Positions 9,795 through 20,026 of a DNA stretch of 64,000 nt are shown here, one piece after another. The first letter of the stretch is position 1, and every line of letters begins with the position of its first letter. The stretch lies in the NCBI GenBank assembly GCA_024790105.1, contig GCA_024790105.1_3053.1. One strand, given 5' to 3'. The notes beneath the pieces were generated by a model. The model was not told the DNA's origin. It worked only from the letters and a program-made list of their open reading frames with translations, and made no database searches. The translations under genes and the position numbers were made by a program. This DNA comes from a phage.

Positions 9795-9850
9795 TGCTGA
9801 TTGACGGAATCGAACCGCCGACATCCTCATTACAAGTGAGGTGCTCTACC
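9795..9850 (-). pseudogene. tRNA-Thr (UGU) remnant, 5' acceptor strand and D-stem missing
   Basis: anticodon arm CCTCA-CTTGTAA-TGAGG, T-arm and 3' acceptor AATCAGC present, but no complementary GCTGATT upstream; that position is occupied by the 3' end of the HNH ORF. Confidence 0.5.
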
Positions 9851-10307
9851 ACGCTTCCGTTATTTTGTTTTTATATGCTCTATTCCTTGATTTATACGTA
9901 TCAAGTTGAGAGTCACAATTGGAACAAACAAATCTCAGATTTTCTAATCTATGGTCATTGTTTATTCCATTAATATGATCGAGAATTAAAGGCATTGGTT
10001 TGCCATTCCATACTGCTTCTATTCCACAGATAGAGCACTCATATGGTAATATTTTGTCTTCTATAAGTCTTTTTCTAAGATGGCTTCTGCCGTAAGAAGA
10101 ATTTTCAACCATTACATCACTAAGATTATATCTGTTGGTTTTTGGACCAGTCTTAAGTCCTTTATTCCAGATTTTGCAACCTTTTTGAGCTCCGGCTCCC
10201 TTCCCTCTCACATATTCAGCTTTATTTGGATTAAGTTTGCAATATTTTTCATGCACACTTTTTCCGCCAGCTTGTTTAAATTCTTTATTACAAAATTGAC
10301 AATTCAT
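9846..10307 (-). CDS. HNH homing endonuclease
   Basis: motif LDHINGINNDHRLENLRFVCSNCDSQ plus Cys pairs; start set at internal Met so it clears the tRNA-Pro region (ORF is open up to 10367). Confidence 0.75.
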   Translation of the reverse strand: MNCQFCNKEFKQAGGKSVHEKYCKLNPNKAEYVRGKGAGAQKGCKIWNKGLKTGPKTNRYNLSDVMVENSSYGRSHLRKRLIEDKILPYECSICGIEAVWNGKPMPLILDHINGINNDHRLENLRFVCSNCDSQLDTYKSRNRAYKNKITEAW

Positions 10308-10323
10308 TATCTTCTCATTTAAT

Positions 10324-10400
10324 TGGGGTGACCGATGGGATTTGAACCTACGACATTCTGCTCCCAAAGCAGACGCTCTACCAAACTGAGCTACACGGAG
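10324..10400 (-). pseudogene. tRNA-Pro (UGG)-like gene whose 3' acceptor strand cannot pair
   Basis: canonical D-arm TAGCTCAGTTTGGTAGAGC and anticodon arm TCTGC-TTTGGGA-GCAGA, but 5' CTCCGTG has no complement; 3' end reads CATCGGTCACCCCA. Confidence 0.5.
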
Positions 10401-10412
10401 TAAATTAAATTT

Positions 10413-10484
<72 letters not shown>

Positions 10485-10490
10485 AAACTT

Positions 10491-10577
10491 TGGTACGAGA
10501 AGTGGGACTCGAACCCACAAGGAAATCATTCCGCAGCATTTTAAGTGCTGTGCCTTTACCAATTTGACCATTCTCGC
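10491..10577 (-). tRNA. tRNA-Leu (anticodon UAA), long variable arm, CCA encoded
   Basis: acceptor GCGAGAA/TTCTCGT, anticodon loop CTTAAAA, long extra arm, T-arm GGGTTCGAGTCCC. Confidence 0.85.
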
Positions 10578-10583
10578 GTTATA

Positions 10584-11216
10584 TTATTTATTACGTGAAA
10601 AAGACTGTTCTATCAATTCTGGACACTTTCGTTCTATCCATTTTCTAGCTTTTTGTGGGCTTATACCTATTATTTTAGCAGCTTTACTAACCCATCCAAA
10701 TTTAGAATAATCGATTTTAACTAATTCTTCGTAAATTTCATCAGTTAAAATCTTTTCATTAATATTTACCAGTAAATGATATAATTTGTTATCATTAGCA
10801 ATTTTAATGAATCTTTTATAGTTTCCGCCTTTACTTAAACCTAATGAAGTAATTGCAGATGATATAGTAGCCGAATTTAATAATGCGTTTAAAATTTCTT
10901 CATCACTAACATTATAACGCTTTTTATTATTTTTAATATTTTTACCAGCAAAAGTATCAGTTTGCGAGTGACAGTTTGGACATAATAATCTTAAATTTGA
11001 TTTAAGATGATTTTTGTTATTTCCATCAATATGGTCTAATTGCAGAACAATATGCTTATTTTGCCATTTTGAAATTTTACAAATTGCACACTCATATGGA
11101 AAAATATTTTCTTTTATTATTTTGTCTTTCAGCTTTCCTGTGCTAAAATTTGGGTGTTTTCCTTCAAAAATTTCAGCTAATTTAGTATCCATAATATGAT
11201 TCCCAATTATTAACAA
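10584..11216 (-). CDS. HNH homing endonuclease (paralog of 9846..10307)
   Basis: motif LDHIDGNNKNHLKSNLRLLCPNCHSQ; stop codon lies 6 nt upstream of the tRNA-Leu 5' end. Confidence 0.75.
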   Translation of the reverse strand: MLIIGNHIMDTKLAEIFEGKHPNFSTGKLKDKIIKENIFPYECAICKISKWQNKHIVLQLDHIDGNNKNHLKSNLRLLCPNCHSQTDTFAGKNIKNNKKRYNVSDEEILNALLNSATISSAITSLGLSKGGNYKRFIKIANDNKLYHLLVNINEKILTDEIYEELVKIDYSKFGWVSKAAKIIGISPQKARKWIERKCPELIEQSFSRNK

Positions 11217-11302
11217 AGGCTCTCAAGCAAGAACCCTTGATGATAGAGGGTATTAATCAGTGCGATATGAGTTAATAATAACAAATAATTCTTAAAGCAT
11301 AT

Positions 11303-11590
11303 TTACCATTTATGATAATACATATTTACGATGCATTCAAGACCCAAAGGATTCTTGAAAATATCATATTCAAGAGGACCTTTTTCTGTTTCAATAAAGA
11401 AATCAAAATTTACTGTATTAAATTTACGGTCTTCCTTCACTAATTTAACTTGAGAAGATGAACGGTCAATGTAAACCTTTTCAACTTCAAAACATGTTAA
11501 AACGCCATAATCATCAATCAAGGCTTTAGCCGCGTCTTGATCATATTTATATCCATTTTCAATGGATGATACTTTCGCATAAAGAATCAT
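11303..11590 (-). CDS. hypothetical protein
   Basis: 95-aa ORF in minus-strand operon. Confidence 0.4.
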   Translation of the reverse strand: MILYAKVSSIENGYKYDQDAAKALIDDYGVLTCFEVEKVYIDRSSSQVKLVKEDRKFNTVNFDFFIETEKGPLEYDIFKNPLGLECIVNMYYHKW

Positions 11591-11592
11591 TA

Positions 11593-11997
11593 TTAACCTT
11601 TATCAACAATAGTATGTGTATGGGCATTTACGATTTGCCACCAGTCAAAACTATCGCCAAATCGTTTTGATTTATTGTCTTCAATAATTTGGCGTAATTC
11701 ATCTTCTGTTTCAGCATACGCAATCAAATCATCATATCCACCGCAAGGATAGTAATTATCGCCTGCGAACAAAAGAAAATTTACTTTAGATGGGTCTATA
11801 TAATAATGCTCTTTAGGATATTTAGTTCCTTTCCAATCAGTTACTTCAACATAATGGTAAGAAAATCCATTTTTACTTTCAACCCAACTCCACGCTTCAA
11901 AAGGAGTATTAAAAACTCTATCAGGTATTAAATTACCTTCAAAATGAGAAGGATTTGCATAATCCCCAGCATAAACATAATATTCGTTAATATTCAT
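11593..11997 (-). CDS. hypothetical protein
   Basis: 134-aa ORF, stop adjacent to the next start. Confidence 0.4.
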   Translation of the reverse strand: MNINEYYVYAGDYANPSHFEGNLIPDRVFNTPFEAWSWVESKNGFSYHYVEVTDWKGTKYPKEHYYIDPSKVNFLLFAGDNYYPCGGYDDLIAYAETEDELRQIIEDNKSKRFGDSFDWWQIVNAHTHTIVDKG

Positions 11998-12183
11998 TTA
12001 TTCACCTTTAGAAATTTTATCCATAACGATAGCAATTAAACCAATTAAAAATGCTACTACAAGTGAAAACACATTTTCTGCTGTAGTTAATAATCCACAT
12101 ATAAATCCAACAAACATTGAAAAACTAAAAGCGGAAGCAGAAATTGCAATAGCAACATTTCGAATTAATTCACAACGTTTCAT
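11998..12183 (-). CDS. small hydrophobic (membrane) protein
   Basis: 61 aa dominated by two hydrophobic helices. Confidence 0.4.
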   Translation of the reverse strand: MKRCELIRNVAIAISASAFSFSMFVGFICGLLTTAENVFSLVVAFLIGLIAIVMDKISKGE

Positions 12184-12211
12184 TTTATTCTCCTCGGTAG
12201 TTGATAGGGTA

Positions 12212-12241
12212 ATAGTATCACAACTAAAACCCTATGTAAAC
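12212..12241 (-). promoter_or_regulatory. early-type promoter module
   Basis: minus strand GTTTAC - 18 nt - TACTAT with conserved upstream TTTCACAAAGTTG element. Confidence 0.45.
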
Positions 12242-12253
12242 AACTTTGTGAAA

Positions 12254-12511
12254 TTATTTTAAATCTTCTAATCGTTTCTTCATCTTAGAACCATTTTTAG
12301 CAATTTCTCCTGCATCGGAGCATAATGCTAAAAGTGCTTTAACTTTAGTTTGGTCTCCTTTAAAAGATGAAGGATCGACTGCAGCAGCAAGTTCTTTAAT
12401 ACGAGAGAAAAGACGCTCAGCTTCAGCTAAAGCCATTCCAAGCTTTACTTCCATGCCATGAGAAGATTCAGTAATAGTAGTTTTTGTAGCAAACTCTTTG
12501 AAAGTTTTCAT
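12254..12511 (-). CDS. internal head protein with capsid targeting sequence (ipI position)
   Basis: 85 aa; N-terminus MKTFKEFATK resembles the capsid targeting sequence; adjacent to 57B as ipI is in T4. Confidence 0.6.
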   Translation of the reverse strand: MKTFKEFATKTTITESSHGMEVKLGMALAEAERLFSRIKELAAAVDPSSFKGDQTKVKALLALCSDAGEIAKNGSKMKKRLEDLK

Positions 12512-12541
12512 TTTATTTTCCTAATTAATTTTGATGAGGTA

Positions 12542-12571
12542 ATAGTATCACTACCTCATCAGTATGTAAAC
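12542..12571 (-). promoter_or_regulatory. early-type promoter module upstream of the ipI-position gene
   Basis: 31 nt identical to the module at 12212..12241. Confidence 0.45.
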
Positions 12572-12583
12572 AACTTTGTGAAA

Positions 12584-13280
<697 letters not shown>

Positions 13281-13281
<1 letters not shown>

Positions 13282-13994
13282 TATAGTACCTTTAGTGTAT
13301 TTTTAATTTTAGAAAAAAGTTCTTCAAGAGAACCATCGTTTGTAATTACTAAATCGCCATCACGAATTGGCAATCCAGCTTCTGTAATATGTGTATCATT
13401 GGATTTTTGACCAGGACGAACTACATGAATTACTGTAGCACCCATCGCCCTAGCCGCATCCATTTCATGATCTTGACGAGTATCAGGAACGATATAATAA
13501 TCATAACCTGAGTTAAATTTATCAAGATAATCTAAAGCAAATAATTTTACCCAATACATGCGGTCGAAGTTATTAACAATCAAATCCGTACCTAGGGCTT
13601 GCATCAGACGACGGACTGACCATTGATCTTCAATATTATTTATAACGTCAGCAATCTTGTTAAATGCTACGAAATTAACTGCGTCATCAAAAACAAACAC
13701 ACCTTTAATTGGGCTTTTACTATTAAGATAGCAAAATGCTTGTTCCATAATCGTAATTACTTCTAATTTAGTCAGATTTAAATTAGTTTCACGATCATAG
13801 TCAATTCCTTCAAACTCTTTACGAGTTAAACAAGGATAGTCAGTGTTTTCTGCAAATACACCCCATGCATAAGCCAATGCATCTTTAATAGGACCAGCAA
13901 GTTGATATTTAACTGCAGAATAATTATTCATGATAAAATCTGCAGTAGTATCTTTTCCACTGCGCTTTACACCACTTAAAAAGATTAGTTTCAT
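13281..13994 (-). CDS. 1: gp1 deoxynucleoside monophosphate kinase
   Basis: P-loop GVKRSGKDT; start set at MKLIFLSG. Confidence 0.85.
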
Positions 13995-14043
13995 GTGTTT
14001 CTCCTCAAATTTAATTAAGATTATAACACACAAAACTGAAGCA

Positions 14044-14574
14044 TTAAACTTCTGCTATAATTTTTCCATCTTTTTCTACTTGAAAATAGGTGTAAGGAAT
14101 CGTTGCAGTACATACTAAAGCCGGGTCTGAATCTTCCGTGTAGCTAAATTCTACTTCAGACAGATCAGAAACCCAAGGCTTATAAAAATTTATTGACATC
14201 ACGATTTCAGTTTTACTATTATCTAAAATGTAAAGCGTAATGTATTCAGGACCTGTTTTTTGGGCAGTATTTTCGCCTGTAAGATAGTTGCTAGTTCCTA
14301 GCATCCATTCATACATTCCTATCCATGACTTAAGTTCTTCATCAACTATAAATCTCACGATGAGTGGGTCGTACTCAAATGTAACACCTGGACGTTGTGC
14401 TCGGCCTAGTCCAAACGGCCCAGTCACGGTATCAGTAACAGGTATCCTAATTCCCGGAATAGGAACTGACTGAGCATTTAAAGTAAAAGCAGATGTAGTA
14501 TTACTATGTGGTATTGATACTACAAAGTTAGTTGTATTTGCTTGGTTAAAAATTTGTTGCAGAGCTTGCGACAT
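14044..14574 (-). CDS. 3: gp3 tail sheath stabiliser / tail completion
   Basis: start set at MSQALQQ giving 176 aa as in T4 gp3. Confidence 0.8.
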   Translation of the reverse strand: MSQALQQIFNQANTTNFVVSIPHSNTTSAFTLNAQSVPIPGIRIPVTDTVTGPFGLGRAQRPGVTFEYDPLIVRFIVDEELKSWIGMYEWMLGTSNYLTGENTAQKTGPEYITLYILDNSKTEIVMSINFYKPWVSDLSEVEFSYTEDSDPALVCTATIPYTYFQVEKDGKIIAEV

Positions 14575-14680
14575 ATATTCCTCATAATGCTTTATAACTG
14601 TTAGTGGTATAATGGGTCTAAGTCCCTTCCATTCAATTCCATTTAGAACAAACAACAGAAAAGAATGGAAGATAATAGAA

Positions 14681-15505
14681 TTAGATATTTGACCAGACTT
14701 TGTTTGCAGAGAAACGTTTTCCTTTGGAGTAGAAGCTTTGGAGTGGCATCAACACAACGTTCGCCCAGTCTTTCGGGGCGATTTCAACAAGGCTACCCAT
14801 AATATTACCGGGTATATATGCCTTAATCATTTGGTCTGCACCCCTAAATCCTTTCACTTGACTCCAATCAATTTTTAATTTCGTTTTATTAGTAATAGTA
14901 GGTGTATTTGAATATTGCTTTAAAAGCTCTTCTAGAAATTGCTGACGAGCTTTAGGTGGAATATAGTGCAAGTTTAATCCGTACATTAAATTATGCTTAC
15001 CTAAACCAAGGTAAATTATCAAAGGAAATTTATCCCAGTAAGGAAGAGTTTCCTTGTGTTTAGCATCATAAGCAAAAGCATATATTCGTCCCGGCTGCGG
15101 GCGAACAACTTTATGTCCTTTTACTTGCTTAATAGTTTCAGCAAACCATTTTCTGGTTTTATTATTAATTGCTGCGCCTTCATTACGAATTTTATCACGC
15201 AATGTTTGTCTGAATGAATTTATCATAAGCAGTTGTCTTTCTTGCTTATTGAGCTTATTCATTGGTTTTGATTCAAGCTTTTGAATCTTTTCAGCTGTTT
15301 TAATTCCTGAAGCATATTTTGACATTGCTGAAGTAAACGTAGAGTATTTGATTCCTCTTTCTTCAGCAAATTGCTTTCCTGTCATTCCTTTTGCTTTGGC
15401 CTTTTTGTATTCAAGACCTATCTGAATCCATTTCTTTTCGTTTAATGATTGCTTAACCTTTGGAACTTGGGGAGTGCTTTCATTAATTATTTGAAAAATA
15501 GCCAT
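14681..15505 (-). CDS. 2: gp2 DNA end protector
   Basis: 274 aa, order and length as T4 gp2. Confidence 0.85.
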   Translation of the reverse strand: MAIFQIINESTPQVPKVKQSLNEKKWIQIGLEYKKAKAKGMTGKQFAEERGIKYSTFTSAMSKYASGIKTAEKIQKLESKPMNKLNKQERQLLMINSFRQTLRDKIRNEGAAINNKTRKWFAETIKQVKGHKVVRPQPGRIYAFAYDAKHKETLPYWDKFPLIIYLGLGKHNLMYGLNLHYIPPKARQQFLEELLKQYSNTPTITNKTKLKIDWSQVKGFRGADQMIKAYIPGNIMGSLVEIAPKDWANVVLMPLQSFYSKGKRFSANKVWSNI

Positions 15506-15957
15506 TATGCCCCCTTAAAGCCAAGAGCTCGTAATCCATCTTCTGTTAAAATTCTAAATTTTATTCCGCGCTTTTCAGCTAAAGCTTGAGCTGCTTTCCA
15601 TTTATCAGTATTAACGGAATATGTATAAATTTCATTCATAAATCTTTTCTTCGCTGCAGTTGTTAGATGTGCTGGTTTAACTGGTGGTTGTGTTTCTTTT
15701 TTAGGTTTTATTTCAATAAAAAATTCTTGTCCAGAAGAATCTTTCATCCAAATATCCATGAAGTATCTACGTTTTTTCCCTTCTGCATTACAAAAATAAG
15801 GAATTACTGCTGTTTCACTACCCCATGCAATAATTTCTGGATTTTTATCTAACCATTCAAAAAAGAATTTTTCCCAATTTGATCTATACGTAATTTTTTT
15901 AGGGTCACCTCTATATTTTGATATATTTTTAGGAACCCATTTTCCAGAATATGCCAT
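15505..15957 (-). CDS. 4: gp4 head completion protein
   Basis: 150 aa, order and length as T4 gp4. Confidence 0.85.
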   Translation of the reverse strand: MAYSGKWVPKNISKYRGDPKKITYRSNWEKFFFEWLDKNPEIIAWGSETAVIPYFCNAEGKKRRYFMDIWMKDSSGQEFFIEIKPKKETQPPVKPAHLTTAAKKRFMNEIYTYSVNTDKWKAAQALAEKRGIKFRILTEDGLRALGFKGA

Positions 15958-15968
15958 TGGATTCTCCT

Positions 15969-15991
15969 TATAAATAGATAATATATTTATA
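15969..15991. promoter_or_regulatory. divergent late promoters (TATAAATA on both strands) between gene 4 and gene 53
   Basis: plus TATAAATA at 15969-15976; plus tatttata at 15984-15991 = TATAAATA on minus strand. Confidence 0.6.
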
Positions 15992-16004
15992 AACAGGAGG
16001 GCCC

Positions 16005-16595
16005 ATGCTCTTTACATTTTTTGATCCGATTGAATATGCGGCCAAAACGGTGAATAAAAACGCGCCGACTATTCCTATGACAGATATTTTTAGAAACTAT
16101 AAAGACTATTTCAAACGCGCTCTTGCTGGATACCGCTTACGTACTTATTATATTAAAGGTTCACCACGCCCGGAAGAATTAGCAAATACTATATATGGAA
16201 ATCCACAGTTGTATTGGGTTTTATTGATGTGTAATGATAATTATGACCCGTATTATGGATGGATTACTTCGCAAGAAGCTGCTTATCAGGCATCTATACA
16301 AAAATACAAAAACGTAGGTGGAGACCAAATAGTATATCATGTAAATGAGAACGGTGAAAAATTTTATAATTTAGTATCATACGATGATAATCCATATGTT
16401 TGGTATGACAAAGGTGATAAAGCTAGAAAATATCCTCAATATGAAGGAGCACTTGCTGCTGTTAATACGTATGAAGCTGCTGTTCTTGAAAATGAAAAAC
16501 TTCGTCAAATAAAAATAATAGCAAAATCAGACATTAATTCATTTATGAACGACCTTATACGTATAATGGAGAAATCTTATGGAAATGATAAGTAA
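16005..16595 (+). CDS. 53: gp53 baseplate wedge protein
   Basis: 196 aa, as T4 gp53. Confidence 0.9.
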   Translation: MLFTFFDPIEYAAKTVNKNAPTIPMTDIFRNYKDYFKRALAGYRLRTYYIKGSPRPEELANTIYGNPQLYWVLLMCNDNYDPYYGWITSQEAAYQASIQKYKNVGGDQIVYHVNENGEKFYNLVSYDDNPYVWYDKGDKARKYPQYEGALAAVNTYEAAVLENEKLRQIKIIAKSDINSFMNDLIRIMEKSYGNDK

Positions 16596-18309
16596 TAACC
16601 TTAATTGGTTTGTTGGTGTTGTTGAAGATAGAATGGACCCATTAAAATTAGGTCGTGTTCGTGTTCGTGTGGTTGGTCTGCATCCACCACAAAGAGCACA
16701 AGGTGATGTAATGGGTATTCCAACTGAAAAATTGCCATGGATGTCAGTTATTCAGCCTATAACTTCGGCAGCTATGTCTGGAATTGGAGGTTCCGTTACT
16801 GGACCGGTAGAAGGAACTAGAGTTTATGGTCATTTTTTGGACAAATGGAAAACTAACGGAATTGTCCTTGGCACGTATGGTGGAATAGTTCGCGAAAAAC
16901 CGAATAGACTTGAAGGATTTTCTGACCCAACTGGGCAGTATCCTAGACGTTTAGGAAATGATACTAACGTACTAAACCAAGGCGGAGAAGTAGGATATGA
17001 TTCATCTTCTAACATTATCCAAGATAGTAACTTAGACACTGCAATAAATCCTGATGATAGACCACTATCAGAGATTCCAACTGATGATAATCCAAATATG
17101 TCAATGGCTGAAATGCTTCGCCGTGATGAAGGATTAAGACTAAAAGTTTATTGGGATACCGAAGGATATCCGACAATTGGTATTGGTCATCTTATCATGA
17201 AGCAGCCAGTTCGTGATATGGCTCAAATTAATAAAGTTTTATCGAAACAAGTTGGTCGTGAAATTACTGGAAACCCAGGTTCTATTACAATGGAAGAAGC
17301 GGTAACTTTATTTGAACGCGATTTGGCTGATATGCAACGTGACATTAAATCACATTCTAAAGTAGGACCAGTCTGGCAAGCTGTCAACCGTTCTCGTCAA
17401 ATGGCATTAGAAAATATGGCATTTCAGATGGGTGTTGGCGGTGTAGCTAAATTTAACACAATGTTAACTGCTATGTTAGCAGGAGATTGGGAAAAAGCAT
17501 ATAAAGCTGGTCGTGATTCATTGTGGTATCAACAAACAAAAGGCCGTGCATCCCGTGTTACCATGATTATTCTTACGGGGAATTTGGAATCATATGGTGT
17601 TGAAGTGAAAACTCCAGCTAGGTCTTTGTCGGCAATGGCTGCTACTGTGGCGAAGTCTTCTGATCCAGCTGACCCTCCTATTCCAAATGACTCAAGAATT
17701 TTATTCAAAGAACCAGTTTCTTCATATAAAGGCGAATATCCTTATGTGCATACAATGGAAACTGAAAGTGGACATATTCAGGAATTTGATGATACCCCTG
17801 GGCAAGAACGATATAGATTAGTTCATCCAACTGGAACTTATGAAGAAGTATCACCGTCAGGGAGAAGAACAAGAAAAACTGTTGATAATTTGTATGATAT
17901 AACCAACGCTGATGGTAATTTTTTGGTAGCCGGTGATAAAAAGACTAACGTCGGTGGTTCAGAAATTTATTATAACATGGATAATCGTCTTCACCAAATA
18001 GATGGAAGCAATACAATATTTGTACGTGGCGATGAAACTAAGACGGTTGAAGGTAATGGAACTATCCTAGTTAAAGGTAATGTTACTATTGTAGTTGAAG
18101 GTAATGCTGACATTACAGTTAAAGGAGATGCTACTACTTTAGTTGAAGGAAATCAGACTAATACAGTAAATGGAAATCTTTCTTGGAAAGTTGCTGGGAC
18201 AGTTGATTGGGACGTTGGTGGTGATTGGACAGAAAAAATGGCATCTATGAGTTCTATTTCATCTGGTCAATACACAATTGATGGTAGCCGTATAGACGTA
18301 GGTTTATAA
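16579..18309 (+). CDS. 5: gp5 baseplate hub / cell-puncturing protein with lysozyme domain
   Basis: 576 aa; internal lysozyme domain MAEMLRRDEGLRLKVYWDTEGYPTIGIGHL and C-terminal VEGN beta-helix repeats. Confidence 0.95.
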   Translation: MEMISNNLNWFVGVVEDRMDPLKLGRVRVRVVGLHPPQRAQGDVMGIPTEKLPWMSVIQPITSAAMSGIGGSVTGPVEGTRVYGHFLDKWKTNGIVLGTYGGIVREKPNRLEGFSDPTGQYPRRLGNDTNVLNQGGEVGYDSSSNIIQDSNLDTAINPDDRPLSEIPTDDNPNMSMAEMLRRDEGLRLKVYWDTEGYPTIGIGHLIMKQPVRDMAQINKVLSKQVGREITGNPGSITMEEAVTLFERDLADMQRDIKSHSKVGPVWQAVNRSRQMALENMAFQMGVGGVAKFNTMLTAMLAGDWEKAYKAGRDSLWYQQTKGRASRVTMIILTGNLESYGVEVKTPARSLSAMAATVAKSSDPADPPIPNDSRILFKEPVSSYKGEYPYVHTMETESGHIQEFDDTPGQERYRLVHPTGTYEEVSPSGRRTRKTVDNLYDITNADGNFLVAGDKKTNVGGSEIYYNMDNRLHQIDGSNTIFVRGDETKTVEGNGTILVKGNVTIVVEGNADITVKGDATTLVEGNQTNTVNGNLSWKVAGTVDWDVGGDWTEKMASMSSISSGQYTIDGSRIDVGL

Positions 18310-18328
18310 ATAATTCCAGAGGTGAATT

Positions 18329-19195
18329 ATGAAAAAATCTAACACAGTTCAATTTAGATACATATATAAAACAACCGTTACTAATCCGAAAGGATTAGTA
18401 CGTGTTTATATTGGTAAACATGAATCTAGATATTTTGATTTAGAAAATGATAAGTATAGAGGTTCCGGTGATTATATTAAAAAGATACGTAATAAACCTG
18501 GTTATAAAATAGATTTTGAAATAATTGAATTTGTTTCTACTTATGAAATTCTCAATTCAAGAGAAAGATATTGGATTTCGAAATATAAATCATCTGATAT
18601 TCTATGTACCAATATAAAATCCGGCGGTGATGGTTTTTCATCCGAAGATTTGAAGAGAATGTGGTCTAATCCTGAATATAGGAAAGCTCAATTGAAGGCA
18701 TTAGCTAAATCAACGTCAACTAAAGAATTTTCAGAGAAAATATCTAAAATAAACAAAGAAAGATGCGCATCGCCAGAATATCGAAAGAAAATGAGTAATG
18801 CGATGAAAACTGCTTTTGAAAATGATCCAACATTAAAAATTCGTATTTCTAATACCGTTAAATCTTTATGGAAATCCGATGAATATAGAAACAAATTAAT
18901 TAATCATCCAGGAAAAATAGAAGGAACGAAACAATCATGGAATGATCCTTTGATAAGAAAATCGAGATTAGATGCTAGAAATAAAAAACTAAGATCAGTT
19001 GAACCTTGGATTAGTATAGAAAAAGTCAAAAAACTTTGGGAGGATTTGGGAAAACCACATCCACAGAAATACAAATGGTTTAGAGAAAAAGCAATTGAAC
19101 ACGACCTCCCGGATGTAAGTTATAACGCAATTTTAAAAGCGTTGAAAAAATGTGATTATAAATTTACATCATTAGAGAATTCAACAATTGGCTAA
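18329..19195 (+). CDS. GIY-YIG homing endonuclease (Seg-like, possibly SegC equivalent)
   Basis: 288 aa; N-terminal GIY-YIG module FRYIYKTTV...RVYIGKHES; repeated W-x-NPEYRK motifs similar to SegB/SegE. Confidence 0.8.
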   Translation: MKKSNTVQFRYIYKTTVTNPKGLVRVYIGKHESRYFDLENDKYRGSGDYIKKIRNKPGYKIDFEIIEFVSTYEILNSRERYWISKYKSSDILCTNIKSGGDGFSSEDLKRMWSNPEYRKAQLKALAKSTSTKEFSEKISKINKERCASPEYRKKMSNAMKTAFENDPTLKIRISNTVKSLWKSDEYRNKLINHPGKIEGTKQSWNDPLIRKSRLDARNKKLRSVEPWISIEKVKKLWEDLGKPHPQKYKWFREKAIEHDLPDVSYNAILKALKKCDYKFTSLENSTIG

Positions 19196-19205
19196 CATAC
19201 TTCCA

Positions 19206-19724
19206 ATGAGCGCTGATTTAGGAGAATCCATGGAAGGTTCTTCTATCGACGTCACCTTTACCGCTCAATTAGAAACAGGTGAAACGTTAGTATCTATAAA
19301 TATAACTAGTTACGAAGAAACTCCTGGGGTTTTAGTAGAAGAAAATCGTTTATATGGAACGTATGAATCTGTATTTGGATTTGGAAATGACGCGTTGAAA
19401 TATCGTTTAGGCGATGAATTTAAAACTGCTGCTTCATGGGAAGAACTTCCTACTGATTCTGACACTCAGTTGTATTTGTGGAAAGCTCCTCAAAATCTCC
19501 AGAAGACATTCACTTACGAAGTAACATTAATATATGACTACCAAGAACAAAGTGAATCTGGAGGTTCTGGCAGTAATTCTAGGTCATCTTCTGATACTAC
19601 TGAACCGACAGATCCTCCTACTCCAGTAAGAAAAACTCTCGTTAAAAATTATACTAAAACTATAGTTGGAAATTGGAGTCGTTGGGCTAATAAATTAAGA
19701 AGCTATGTGTATGAGAGGTCATAG
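19206..19724 (+). CDS. hypothetical protein between gene 5 and gene 5.4
   Basis: ORF opens with TTG at 19188; first ATG at 19206; Ser/Thr/Pro-rich C-terminus. Confidence 0.45.
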   Translation: MSADLGESMEGSSIDVTFTAQLETGETLVSINITSYEETPGVLVEENRLYGTYESVFGFGNDALKYRLGDEFKTAASWEELPTDSDTQLYLWKAPQNLQKTFTYEVTLIYDYQEQSESGGSGSNSRSSSDTTEPTDPPTPVRKTLVKNYTKTIVGNWSRWANKLRSYVYERS

Positions 19725-20018
19725 ATGTCAGGATTAAGTTATGATAAGTGTGTTACTGCTGGCCATGAAGCGTGGCCTCCAACAGTTGTGAATGCTACAC
19801 AAAGTAAAGTATTCACTGGAGGAATTGCTGTTCTAATAGCAGGCGATCCAATTACAGAACATACAGAAATCAAAAAGCCATATGAAACACATGGCGGAGT
19901 GACACAACCCAGAACTTCTAAGGTATATGTCACTGGAAAGAAAGCTGTTCAAATGGCTGATCCAATATCATGCGGTGATACTGTGGCTCAGGCATCATCT
20001 AAAGTATTCATTAAATAG
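19725..20018 (+). CDS. 5.4: gp5.4 PAAR-repeat spike tip protein
   Basis: 97 aa, position after gene 5, matches remembered T4 gp5.4. Confidence 0.85.
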   Translation: MSGLSYDKCVTAGHEAWPPTVVNATQSKVFTGGIAVLIAGDPITEHTEIKKPYETHGGVTQPRTSKVYVTGKKAVQMADPISCGDTVAQASSKVFIK

Positions 20019-20026
20019 GATTTAAA

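Noticed and set aside
16830-17039. 69-aa minus-strand ORF inside gene 5
   Set aside because: Entirely antisense to a well-supported structural gene; no start context.
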